Positions 13,701 through 26,086 of a DNA stretch of 64,000 nucleotides are shown here, piece after piece. Location of the stretch: the NCBI RefSeq assembly GCF_024521635.1, contig NW_026250404.1:372001-436000 (forward strand), given 5' to 3'. Position 1 is the first letter of the stretch. Each line of letters starts with the position of its first letter. Under the pieces are notes generated by a model that saw only the letters and a program-made list of their open reading frames with translations, made no database searches and had not been told where the DNA came from. The translations under genes were made by a program, and so were the position numbers. The DNA is from Tricharina praecox (lineage: Eukaryota).

Positions 13701-16700
13701 TTGGCTGTGCCGGTAGTACTTTCACCAGCGAAGAAGGACCGCAAGCGGTGAAGGGCCTCCAGCGAAGTACACAGGACCTCCAACGAATCCTGTAGCGGAG
13801 TGGCTTGGGCTGGAACGAGAAGGAGAAGCAGAAGCAGATATGAAGTGGCTCCACCAGATGGAAGCATTCCCGAACCTGCTATTCCTTCGTCTGGCTGGAA
13901 GAAGGGATCTGGCTCCGACCTCCAAGAATCAGCTCCCAAGATTGACACTGAGTCCTCTCAACAACGCCGCAGCAACACTGCGCACGTCACCCAAGACATG
14001 GCCATCACGCCGGCAGATTGGGTCGTCCGTCCGAGAGGAAGATCCAACTGGAAAATGCGCGGCCAACAACCCGATAAGGACCACTGGATGCACGATTACG
14101 AGGAGCTCGAATCCGACATCGACATCGATGGCAGGACGAAAGCCTTGCGTCGGGTGCCCAGCTCAACAACTTGGATTCGAGGAAGCAGAAGGCGAGAGAT
14201 CTGCAGGTAAGTATTGGCATGACTAGCAGATCTACGCACACGACGTGGAACTGTTGGGGCAAGGAAGCTGCGTGCTGCTTGGTTGCTGCGAGGAATTGTC
14301 GACATTGGTCATCGTCGAACCTCCCGAGCGTTGACGGATGTTCGGATGAAACGCTCACATTGGGCGTGCTTTTGCTCGTATCCGTAGGATCAGGTTCAGA
14401 CCTTCGAAGAAATCAGGATGGGCGATCTCTCATCCCCCCCACACTACTTCCACCCATTCATCACCGTCCGCCGGTGGACACAAGGACCGGCTCACCCAAG
14501 ACTGGAAAATACTTCAACTGCTGCAACTTTAAACCGGATCCGGCGAAGAAACTTGTCAAATTTTAGTTGTGGTTTGGACTGATGATGCGGATATGATCGA
14601 GGCCAGTGCGGCGTTGATTGCATAAGAACTAGGTGGAGATGACGAGCACATGGATGGAGGATAGCATACAATTTATATCCTTAGGATGGGAGACTTCAAC
14701 CTTATTTCACCGCTATGAAGGTTCTCGGTTTCGGATCGCCGTGAAACGTGGGGCTATAAGCCGGTGAAAGAGATATCCCATCAGCAGTGTGGGAAGGCCC
14801 GAAGCTCCACAAGGCACCGGTGCTAGACTACTACCATGCTCTACACCTTATTAAGTTACGGCTTCCCATCACCCGCGACTCCAGCCCTTTCGTGGAGCGT
14901 CTATCTCGGCAAGTTGCCCACGCACATGTCCGGCTCGACAACGACCATATGATGTTCGACTGCTTGGGGGACGGGGGTCGGATCACGCTCGCCCACATGA
15001 CGACCGCGGCCCGGAACGTGACCGAGTCTTCCTGGTTACTCTACGACACATTCGAGACAGATAGTTGGGCCTCCGTATCTCCCTCCGCCAATGGGATTTC
15101 CAACCTAAGATTGGAGGGCCCAGCCTCCATGACTCTGCTCTACAACAGCGAGTAACCGCTGAGAGGGAGAGTGCAGCTCCGTCAGTCACTTCACAGCTCA
15201 GCTCAGATATCCCGGCTGGCGACGTCTGGCCTGCCCTACACCGTCCAATCGAACTTCTCGGTCGAAATGGATGGACGGCCAGCCGAAATGCAACGTGTCA
15301 ACCCAGGGTGGCAGATAATGTACGGTAGGTATAGCTGTGCATATGCCGTATGTGGAGCGCCCAGCTACTGCAACGATAACAATAACAACACCGGATATCG
15401 TCAGGGACCTAGAGCTGAGGTACTCGAGAGTACCCGTCCACCCTACTCTGCCAGTTCCTCGCCCCTGGACCATAGCAAGGAAACATGGTGGTGATGAACG
15501 ATACCGGTACCCGACCTACCTACTCTACTACATACAATCTGCCGTCTCAAGCTCATCCAGCAGCCAACACGTACGAGGCGACACGACCGTTGCAATCCTC
15601 GGAATCACGGAAGGCCAGCGAGCACTGGCCGTCATATCCAGCTTTCGGCGGCTGCAACGGGTAGTCGGAGAACTACATGCCATCGTCACCCTCGCTCTCC
15701 AGGGCTTCCATGCCCCTCCATCTTTCAGTTAATCTCGGATTCGAGGTCTTCGGGTTGATTCCTCATTCAGCATGAAGCCGTGCTTCGAAAACATGACGCC
15801 CGTCACGGCCAGCAAGGGCCGGAGGCGGAGGAACAAGCGCGAACTCGGCCTCGACCTCGACCGATGTCAGCAGAGCCGGCTGCAGACTACGAAGTAGAGT
15901 AAGGCCAACGAGGCTGTCACTATCGGTGCACATAGTGGTGAATTACTCTACAGCAGTTACCAACTACCCTTGGCATGCACGACAACCGTTGTTTGCATTT
16001 CGAATCCACTTTACCAGGTATGCTATAGACATTGATATTGTTCTACCGGCGTCTTCCTTGTTGTGGGTGACAGTGCTGACGTTTGGTCCAGGCTGCAAGG
16101 TTCGACATCTCGGTTCGGTCCTGCGACTCTAGCTGCGAGGCTTTTGCTTCCCCATCCAGATACAACCGCAGCGAAAGATCGAGACTTCTCAATTTTTTCG
16201 CCACAACGGCTCCTGGGGGGGGGGGGACGATCTCACCCAGCAAACGCCCCCGATTGCACAAGCCACTTCGGAGCTCCGTGAGCGGTTATGTGGGGGGGGG
16301 GGGGACTCTGCACACGGAGGAAACCTCGTCGACTCTCCCCACCGTCGACGCCCGAGCAATCTCGAGTTGAGTTTAGTTTAGACTCCCCCCCGCCGACGGC
16401 AAGGCGTCCAGTGGGTAGTGGGGCCGACGCCCTCGCGATTGACGGCGGCGTTTGTTTGTTTCTTTTACAATACAACATCTCGTCGAGACTTGAGCTTACG
16501 TCACAAATTTCCGTTCCAACTTACGTTCCAACGTACCTAGAGCTCAGGTCCAAGGTTCCATCCATGAATGCAATGCACGCTGCACGATGCGGGACGTACG
16601 TCGGCATTGGCATTTCTTTCCCCGGAGGGCCGGAGGGCCGGAGGGAACAAGTTTCGACGACGACGACTGCGTTGCGTTTTGTTTGTCCGTGGGGTTTGCA

Positions 16701-18926
16701 ATGGCCCTATGTATGTAGCAATAGCAATAGCAATGTCAATGACTATAGCAATGGCAATATGATAGCAATAGCAATGGCAATTGTTCACTCCTGCCTGCCG
16801 GAAAACATCCCGTTCCATCCCGTCCCATTCCACTTTCGCGGGGACCGCGGCAATGAATTTCCACGAGCATGACCGCATGAACTCCGCCATAGCTACTGCC
16901 CAAACAGAGATCCCCGGAGGGTGAGAGGGATGGAGGGAGGGAGTGCAAACCCACCCACAAACCGAAAGCCCGCGTGCTGCTGCTGTTGCTGCTCCTGCAC
17001 CTTTTTACCCTTCCAGCTTCCAGAAGCCTTCCGCTTTCAGCCGCACCTGCCAGATCGCTGCAGGGATGTGCTGTGGAGTGTGGAATGTGGGATGTGGGAG
17101 GTGGGATGTTGGGCGTTGGGAATCGGGATATGATATGTAGAGCATGTATGTAGAGTAGGTAGCGGCCATCATCCAGGAACAGCATTCACCCCCACCTACC
17201 GGCCTTCATTGAGGGAGCCAGTGAGCCAGTGACCGCAAGCTATTACCCCCTCCTTCGTGCGTGTCCTGTCCAGTGCGGTTCTAAATCCCCCTCCCCCCTC
17301 TCTCCCCCCCCCCCCCCCCCCCCCCCTCTTCTCCTGTCGGAATAACACATCGGTACATCCGGCAGTTATCTGTCTGTTAGGTACGCACGTATGATACGTG
17401 CTGGCTGGCTGGTTGGTTGGCGGTGGCTCGTGGCGTTTATCATTGGCCACGTACTGCACTGTCTGTACATGTAAGTTGTTGGCTATGTGGGTCACAGGTG
17501 GGTTACTAGCCACATGTGAAGCTTTCGTGCTGCCACTTCATCAGAGCCCACTGCACCACCACCACCAACTACTGCCACCAACTACTGCCATGGTTGCAGC
17601 CAGAGTTACTTGCATGCATGCACGACAGACAGACAGACAGACAGACGGGCAGAGAAAAGAAAAGGGATGAAAAGAAAAAAGAAAAGACGAAAAAGAAAAT
17701 AATGCGATGAAAAAGATGAAGAAAAGAAGAAAAGATACATGTAATGCAATGTAGACGGGCGAAAAAATGATTTCCTTTCTTCCTACATGTATTATATGTA
17801 CGGGATGGATACGTGGTGGCTCTGCGAGTGCCGGAATCGGGAGAATCGGGCGCGGGGTGGCTGCAGGTGCAGGTTGAGGTGAAGGTGAATGTGAAGGAGC
17901 GGAGCCTGGTGGACGTCATCGCATGCAGTCCCCGGAGGGTGCAGAGAGTGACAGAGGCTCAGACAGAGAGGAAGCGGGGATGATGGGAGAGCGAGTGATA
18001 CCCGTGATCTGTTGGGATACCTATGTACGCCCCTGCGCGTAGCGCCCCTGCAGTACTGTACACTCTACCACTCTACGCAGGATATGGGTCTACAGGTCTA
18101 CGCAGTCTACGTAGAGCCTAGAGTCTATGTATGTAGAGTAGATCTAGAGCGCCCGGCCGCCGCCCCGCTGGCGATCCCGCTGGCGGGATTGATGAACCCC
18201 CCCTCGACGTTGCTCTTGCGCTTGGTGGTCCCAAGACTTGCTGCTCCAAGACTTGCTGCTCCAAGACTTGTTGTTGCGAGGCTCGCTGTCGAGTGATTTT
18301 ACCTGCACTTACCAGTGCTCCTACTACTACTCCGGCTGATAGCTGTTGTGTCGGTTGGTTAGGTGCGAGACGACGTGAGGCGTAATGAAGTGCGGCGTGG
18401 TGAAGTAAAGTGAAGTGTTGTCCGCCCAGTCCAGCCCATCCGCGGTACTTACCTACATGTATCTGTCACTGAGATACCCCTACATGTACCTGTCACTAAG
18501 ACACCGTTACGGCCTTAGACACGGCGGTGCGGTGAAAGCTCCGGTGTGCATACCGTACATGCTTGTATGTACTCGGAGAAAACCGGACCTTTACCCCCCC
18601 TCCCTCCCGCGCTCTGTGTTGTCCCCCGGGAGCGGCCCGGGATTCGGCGGTCGACTCTGCTCGGCTGGTGCTCTGCTCGGCTGGCTATAGGGATGGGGTA
18701 ATTGCTCCGGGCGCGTGCATTTGGACTGCCGATGCGGACAAGTAAGGGAGCTCGCTGGGTGAGCGAATGCGAATTATGTAATTATGTAATTTGAGGAAGA
18801 AAGGTGCTGATTCATCGTCCGCGTGCATTTTAATTCACTCTGATGCATGCATCTCAACTTCACGAGTGGAATCACCATCTCGCACTCGGAGTATATACAT
18901 CCTACAAGAAAAAAAGACGTTTCTAC

Positions 18927-21430
18927 TTACGCACTTCCAAACGCCTCCACGCGTTTCTGCAGCACCATCCTGACCTCACCGACCTGCAAATTCTCCAGAG
19001 CGAGCTTCATCATAACCGCTCTCGCCTTATTATTATCCTCAAAGACCGGCCTGACAACATCCTTCAGGAGCAACTGCGTTCCCTCCTCATCTTCCTCCAG
19101 CCTCACCAGCGGCAGAGTGAGCAGCGTGCACGCCTCGCGGAGCCGTACCATCTCGCGCCAGCCACCGCAGGAATTCGACAGATCCGTCATGTCGCTGGCG
19201 AACTGCCGTGCGCCGGCGAGCGAGAACGTGTTGCGCGTCAAAACGTAGTCCCAGATGTACGTTTGCAGCGCGGCGGCTACGGCACGGATGATCCGGTGGT
19301 ACACGACAGGCGCGAGAGCGCGCGAGAGGAAGGAGAGGTGCGTGGAGAGCGTGGAGAGCGCAGAGACGAGTTCCGGGGATATCGACGAGGCGGAGTGGGA
19401 TGGGTCGAGCGAGGACCAGTTGTTTCTGGTCGTGTTAGTGCACAATGTCGAAACGGGGGGCGGGGGAGAATACATCTTGATGTACGCCTTGAGTTCGTTC
19501 TTCAGCAGGCTCACGAGGTGGTCAACCATAGTCTCCTCAGTCTTACGTCTCAGATCCTTATACGATCCGGCCGTCTCATCGAAGAGCGCGCCGTCGTCGT
19601 CGTCATCGCCCGACACGAGCGCGTTGCTGGTCACCGAAGCTACGTCGCGGATGTTCATATTACCCGCAAGGTTCTTGTTGGGACTTGCCTTTGACGCGCG
19701 CGATTGCAGATCTTCCCATAGTTCCAGGAAGAAGATGTCCTCGCCCCAGTCTCGCATACAGCTCTCCATAAACACCGCCGAGCCGTACGCTTTGCACAGT
19801 CGCTCGAGACCGGCAAGGCCGGTGAGTGACTCTACCTCCTCTTTACTTGTGCCCTGGACCGCTCGCGCGATCGACGAGGAAAGGACTCGGAACGCCTCTA
19901 CGCTGCCGTTGAGGCGGTCGTGGTACTGGTCCAGTATTGCGATCTGGATGTCGATTAGAAAGCGGAGACGCTGGCTGAAGGAGATCAGCGGCCGGTAGCT
20001 ATCGGTGACTGTTTCGATGAGGTCCTTCAGACGTATCGCCGACTTCGTAGGCTTGGAATCCGTCGGTTCAACGCTGTCATAATCCAAGACCCAAGCGTCT
20101 GGGGCAGCAAGAATGGTATGGTAGCGAGACAGTGCGACTACACCCCCGGTTAGAGATCCGCCTACAAGCTGGAGATGGTGACTTGCATTCTTTCTCGACG
20201 TGGAGCCAGTCCGCAAAACCGTTCTCCACGACCAAAACCTCATGTGTCATGCCCTTCCACGGGCCATCGCAACCAAACGGAGTGTAATAGAACTCCTCCC
20301 GCAGTTCGGCATCAAACTTGATCATCTCATGTATGAAGTGGCTTAGCAACTGCGCCTGGTCCAATATCTGCGGCAGCAAATTCTTCGTTTTCCTCATGAC
20401 GATCGGCAGGAGCGCCGTGATGAACTCATTGACCGCATCGCGCTGGTTGAGGGGATTCGCCGATTCCGACAGGATAGGCTGGACGATCTCCCGGAGGAAA
20501 TCGGTGTATGTAGTCACCAAGCCCGTTATGTGCGCCAGGAACCACTCCGGCTTGTCGATGCGGTTGGTAGCCCTATCCCCATCGAAATGGTATCGGAACC
20601 GCAAGGCCAGAGGCTTCACCAGAACCTCAAGCGGCAGCAACGGCGTCGCCGTACCCTTCGCGCTCTCCAGATCGCTACATTCCATCAGCACCCCGCACCA
20701 CCCACGACTACCAGCGATCAACTCACGGCCCCTGCAGCACCAGCAACTTCTCAAACGCGCTCCTAAACTCCTCCGCCACTTCCTTCGTCATAACAACCTT
20801 CTCCGCAGGCCACTTGAGCTTCATGAGCACCTCTTCCAGCCCCCTCGCCAGTCTTTCCCTCATTCTCCGCCACAGCTGTTCCGTGGCGCCCTCCACATAA
20901 TCCACCAAATGCACGGCGGCGCCCTCAGCAGCCTCATTCCTCTCCTTCAGCCCCCTCGCTAGCTCCTGCAGCAGCGTATACGGCCGCAGCGCAGCCTCCG
21001 GATCCCCCCTATCCACGAGGCCCGCCGCCTGCTCATCGAGCACCTGCACGCGTCGCAGGAGGTCAACATATCCAGTCGCTACATCCAGCCGCTGCAGCCG
21101 CTCCATCGTCGCCTCGAAGCGCGCGGCCGCATCGATCGCCGTGTCGGCCGTCGTCGTCGCTAGCAGGCGCCGGTCGATCGCCTCCTGTTTCTGCGTGAAT
21201 GCATCGATTTCGCCGCGGAGGTGCGTGGAGTGTGCGGCGAGATCGGCGCGCGAGGTGGTGGCCTTGCGGTCTGCGGTTTGGAGCTGCGTGCGCAGCTGCG
21301 ATTGCTGTGTTTGTACAGAGGACAGAAGGGAGTCAAGCGATGACAGGTCTGCCAACGTCTGGAATTTGTCGTTTAGGTAGTCTTGTACCCGGATGTCGGT
21401 CGAAATTGGGGGCTTGCTGTGGGATGGCAT
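18927..21430 (-). CDS. TIP20: RINT-1/Tip20 family vesicle-tethering subunit (Dsl1 complex), ~784 aa, 4 exons
   Basis: Motifs DYLNDKFQT, LRFRYHFDGDRATNRIDKPEW, QRLRFLIDIQIAILDQYH and DWGEDIFFLELW. Exons 21430-20727, 20674-20187, 20137-19474 and 19425-18927 join in frame; intron 2 has a GC donor. Confidence 0.9.
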
Positions 21431-22012
21431 TTTTGGGATTTTTTGGAGGGGCGTTGAGGACAGCTTGATGGGATGCTTGGAGGTACCTACCTGGCCACTG
21501 ACGTACAGATTAGATCCGTTGATAAGAGCTGCATGTTACTACGGTATGGTAGTTAGCAGCTGCTTGGCGGTCATGGGATGTGACTCGTGAGAGTGGGGAG
21601 TTGCGCCGTGATATTTCCGAGTGTGCGTACTCTGGAGTCTGTCCGGTACATTTGTGTAGCAAAACATAAGTCAGAGTGGCTATCTAGTCCCATCCGTTGC
21701 GAAGAATATCCCCGTACTCTCTGCCTGTGAATTATTCATGACGATGACATACGGTAGCCATTGCCTGCAAGACAGTTCCCAATGATCGAGAAGGATGGAT
21801 GATTGATTATAATGAATAAGTACATTCTTGAACAAAGAGACAGAGACAGAGTAGAGTAGGGAATAGTCGTAGACTTCGTAACAAAACGAAAACGAAAAGC
21901 TTCAAGCAAGCAATGGTATTGTTCACTCCAACCAAAAACAACCAAAAGTAAAACAACTCAAGAAACAGCCCCAAAAGCCCAAAACACAAACACTCCATCT
22001 GCTTGGATTGGA

Positions 22013-23306
22013 TCACTTCTTCTTACCCTTTTCTCCCTTTTCTCCATCATCCTCGTTGTATTTATCCTTCCAGATCCTATCTCCCGCCAATCAGTCAGTC
22101 AGTCAATCCCGTTACCAGTCGGCAGTGTACGGGTGACATACCATGAATTCCCCAGAGTTTTATTCCCCTGCTTCTCAGCCATGCGATAGAATTTCGCCGC
22201 CTTGAAGCGATCCTTCTTGCAGCCGAAGCCCTCGAGGTAGCACCAGGCCACCTCGTTCTGCGCATCCGGATCGCCCAGGTTCGCGGCTGTCTCGTAGTAT
22301 TCTCGGGCCGCCGCAGGGTCTTTGGTTACGCCCCAGCCGTTGCGGTAGGAATTTCCCAGCTGTCAAAGTCAGTGCTTGTTCCGGGGGAATGGAACGGTGG
22401 GATGAAGTACTTCGTAAATGGCTAAAACGAGCTCTCCCTTCGCGCTCCCGCCCTTCTTTATCCCGGCCTTAAGCGCCTCCTGCTCGACGGCGGCACTATT
22501 GCTCGCCGCCTTCCTCAGATACTCGAGGCCCTTGCTCTTATTCATGGTGCAACCCCAGCCATGCCTGAGCGCCAGACCATACAGCACCTGGGAGAGGGGA
22601 TTATCTGCGTCTGCCAGGCGGCCAAACATAGCCGTGCTCTTTTCGAGCTCGCCCTCCTCATGCAACCGTATAGCCTCCTGGATATTTTCATCCGCCTGGG
22701 GATCCTCCGCGGGTAGGGCGGGGTGCACAGGCACCACGGGGGTGCCCACCAGAATCGTGGCGCGCTTCTCCCACTGCGTCTCCTTGTCAACGGCGGAGTC
22801 GGAGATCATCGGCAGGTCGGCGGGGATGTGCGTGCTGTGGTTCGAGCTCGACCGGTTGCGCCGGTGCGAGAATGATAGCGTCTCGCGGAACCGACTGGCG
22901 TTGCTGCTGGACCGCGCCCGCCCCCCGCTCGTCGGTGATGTCGGCGACGTTGGTGATAGCGGCCCCCCCAGGTCGTTGTAGGCGTCTGCGCTGGTCGCGC
23001 TGTGGTCGTGCGTGCTGAAGCCTGTCGGCGGGTGGATCACGTCGTGCGAATTCTGGGGTTGTCTGTCAGCCGGCCAGCCACATCTCCTACGTAAATAGAA
23101 ACCAGGACGGAGGGGGGCAGTACGGTGTCGCTACGGATGAATTTGAATTCTGGGACCGGCGGTGCAGACGTGACTATAGGCGGCGGCGCGGCGGAGGCGG
23201 GTGACTGTGGCGGCGAGTCGTCCGCGCTCCCCCGGCGATCGCCCTTCTCCTTGTCGCCGCGGTGGAGGTGGTGGTGATGATGCTTGAATATGTCTTTGAG
23301 CGGCAT
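22013..23306 (-). CDS. Sel1-like repeat protein of the Nif1/Dsf2 type, ~368 aa, 4 exons
   Basis: Motifs EAIRLHEEG, SQVLYGLALRHGWGC, ELGNSYRNGWGV, EVAWCYLEGFGCKKD and GNSWIWKDKY. Exons 23306-23124, 23052-22411, 22359-22142 and 22076-22013 have canonical splice sites and join in frame. Confidence 0.85.
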
Positions 23307-25217
23307 GTTTGGGACGACGCGTGGGGTGGGGGTGGGGTGGGCTAAGGTGTGTGTGTGAATAGGTGGCAGAGCAGCTGATGCGATACGATACGCGATAACT
23401 AGCAGGGCAGATGAGGATGTATGTGGGAGGTAGATATCGGTTCGTTATGGCTGGCCGTCTGGGTTGATGATTGTCTGAATGAATGAATGAATGGATGAGG
23501 ATGAGGATGGCGGGCTTATGACCGGTCTTTCTACGTCTCTCTCCACCCACGTTCAGGTAAGGCGGTCCTTCTTGTACCTCTACCTCAGCCAGACTTATTT
23601 CCTTTTTGCAGTCTGATCGATTCAATCTCCCCTCCTCCCCACATTGGATGAGCCCCTACTCAGCCTTGGGATTCGAAGGATTGGCCTGTCCTGGCTCCTG
23701 GGCACTGGGCAGTGGGAGTAAGCTGTAAATAGAAGCTGGGGTGCAGTGTGCCAGTGCCGGTTCGCTTGCTTGCTCGTGTGCATTCACTAGACTGTGGCGC
23801 GCGCGTGAGCTTGGGAGAGCTGTGAGCTGTGAGCGAGAACAATACTAGTAGTTTCCAAGCTGTTTTCACGGGCTCGGCAGTCTCGTCTGAGGAATTTCAC
23901 ATGAGAGACGCCGAGACTCCGAGACGCCGAAAAGAAGAATAAGTCGTAAGAAGAAGAACACAACCTCTCGCAGAAGCCGCGCAGTCCCGAATAAACATCC
24001 GCAACATTCCCTCCTGTCATCCGTCCCCCGGCAAGTACCGTACATTCCTAGGTACCGCAGCGCAGCCCTACCGAGCAGTAGCATTTTACCCCTACATCAT
24101 ACCGGTAAATACGTAAGTGCTAGTGCTTCTTCACCGACGAAAAGTTTCGCTGCTGATACATACCGTATGTATGATGTGCATTCATACACCTTCATCTGCC
24201 CACATAATTACTCCTCTAGTGGGCACCTAACCAAGCACCTATGACTTGCCTATTCTTTTGTGCATGCGGTGCACGTGCGGGAGGCCTGAGACTTGACTGT
24301 GATGTGCAATGTGCAATGTCAGCAAGTGCACGGTGCTGTCTAAGCGAAGACGGACATGGAGTCTGGAGAAACGCGAGACCATCAATTTGTTTCGCATACA
24401 GCCTGCCCAGACCAGCTGTGGCGAAAGAAAAAAGTAGTCCAAGTTGTAGGTAAAATAGGTAGATAAGTTAGGCTCTGTGACTTTATTATTCGATCGGAAA
24501 TGCTCGATTGCTTTGTGATCTGATCGCTGACGAGTTATCTCCGGTCGAGGTAATTGGGCGGGTTGATCGGCGGAGGACGCGGATGGTGTTGATTTGATGG
24601 TTTTGTTTTTTGTGGGCAGTGTGCTGGGCAGCGTGGTGGCTTTGACGGTGAATGAGAATGAGAAGGTTGACGTGAGAAGCTGAACGGCTCTTCTCACTCA
24701 CATCCTGAGACTCCGTGATGACTGACTGCGGCCCCTCAGCAAAAGTGTTGCCATGTGGAATGACCGCCGGCGCCGGGGACAAGCCGCATCCCGCAAACGA
24801 TCTTCACAATCTATCACTCGCCAATCGAGACTCAATGCGCGCATGCAGGGCTCGCAGCTTCATTCTCTCTCATCCTTCGCCCGCCGGGTTCGTAGTCACC
24901 AATTTCCATGGCCTACTCAGTAGGATAGACAGCCCATATGCGACAACGAACTGATGTCCTCTCTCTCTCTCACTCTCATCCTTCTCCCGACTACGGTATG
25001 TAGAGTATTCAATGGTCGTACGTCATCCATTCCTCCCGGCGATCTGCGTCCCCGCCGGCATCCCACCCCTCCAGAGTCCACCCCGACCTCCTCTACTTCA
25101 CCACCTCCCCCACCTCCCGCCTCTCCCCACACCACGCCATCCGCGTCTCCACCTCCATCCCTCCCCCATAAAACGCGCCCACCTCCCTCCATCCCCCAAC
25201 CCAATCTCACGCCCAAC

Positions 25218-25775
25218 ATGTCTAACCTCGGCCTGCACTCGCTCTCTCTCCCGCCCTTCCTCCTCCACTCCCCGGCGGCATCAATCCTATTCCCCGTCAT
25301 CACAGGCGGGCTGATCGGGTACTCGACCAACCGACTCGCGGACACCAAGACCGTCTACAACAGGCTTTCCCAGCCCCCCTTCCGCCCTCCCTCCTGGCTC
25401 TTCGCGCCCGCGTGGACCCTGTTGTACGCAGGAATGGGCTACGCAGCGCACCGTGTGTCCCTCACCCCCTCACCCTCTACCCCGCGGGCACTCGGCCTGT
25501 ACTCCCTGCAACTCGGCCTGAACTTCGCGTGGATGCCGCTATTCTTTGGCGCGCGGAGGGTGAAGGCCGCAATGCTGGATATCGTCGTGCTCATGGGGGT
25601 TGCCGGCGGGACGGCGTATCAGTTTGCCAAAGTGGATGGGATGGCTGGCAGATTGATGATCCCGTATATCGCCTGGTTGGGGTTTGCGGCGTATCTTACC
25701 GCGGGTGTGGGGTTTCTGAATGGTTGGGATATTAAGGGCGCTGTCGAGAAGGAGAAGGGGGGGAAGACGGTGTGA
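25218..25775 (+). CDS. TSPO: TspO/MBR family translocator protein, 185 aa, single exon
   Basis: Motifs LSQPPFRPPSWLFAPAWTLLYAGMG, QLGLNFAWMPLFFG and LMIPYIAWLGFAAYL. The in-frame ATG at 25218 is preferred over the upstream Pro-rich extension. Confidence 0.92.
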   Translation: MSNLGLHSLSLPPFLLHSPAASILFPVITGGLIGYSTNRLADTKTVYNRLSQPPFRPPSWLFAPAWTLLYAGMGYAAHRVSLTPSPSTPRALGLYSLQLGLNFAWMPLFFGARRVKAAMLDIVVLMGVAGGTAYQFAKVDGMAGRLMIPYIAWLGFAAYLTAGVGFLNGWDIKGAVEKEKGGKTV

Positions 25776-26086
25776 TGATAAGTGGGTGGGGGTGGATGGG
25801 GAGCTTTATATTCACGCCGACAATGAGAAGCATGAGAAGAAATGAGAAGCAATCGCATCAATCAATGAGACATAAGTCTTCATTCGGTTCCCGCTGTTCC
25901 GTCCATCTTCAAGTGAATGCACTCCGCCGCTAGGTAGGCTCGACATCACGATTGTATAGTACTGTACCAAAAGGGTATCTCATTCGATCTTATGTAGCAC
26001 GCTCCCCATCAACCAAAATGGCAAACAGTTAAGCAGTCCAGAATGCGCCATCCAAACACCAAAAAATTCAAACCGTCCATCCATGA

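Noticed and set aside
18843..19998. Long + strand ORFs (283 aa, 247 aa)
   Set aside because: They are antisense to TIP20 coding exons.
24954..25217. Pro-rich N-terminal extension of TSPO
   Set aside because: It is C-rich low-complexity leader sequence; the family domain starts after the ATG at 25218.
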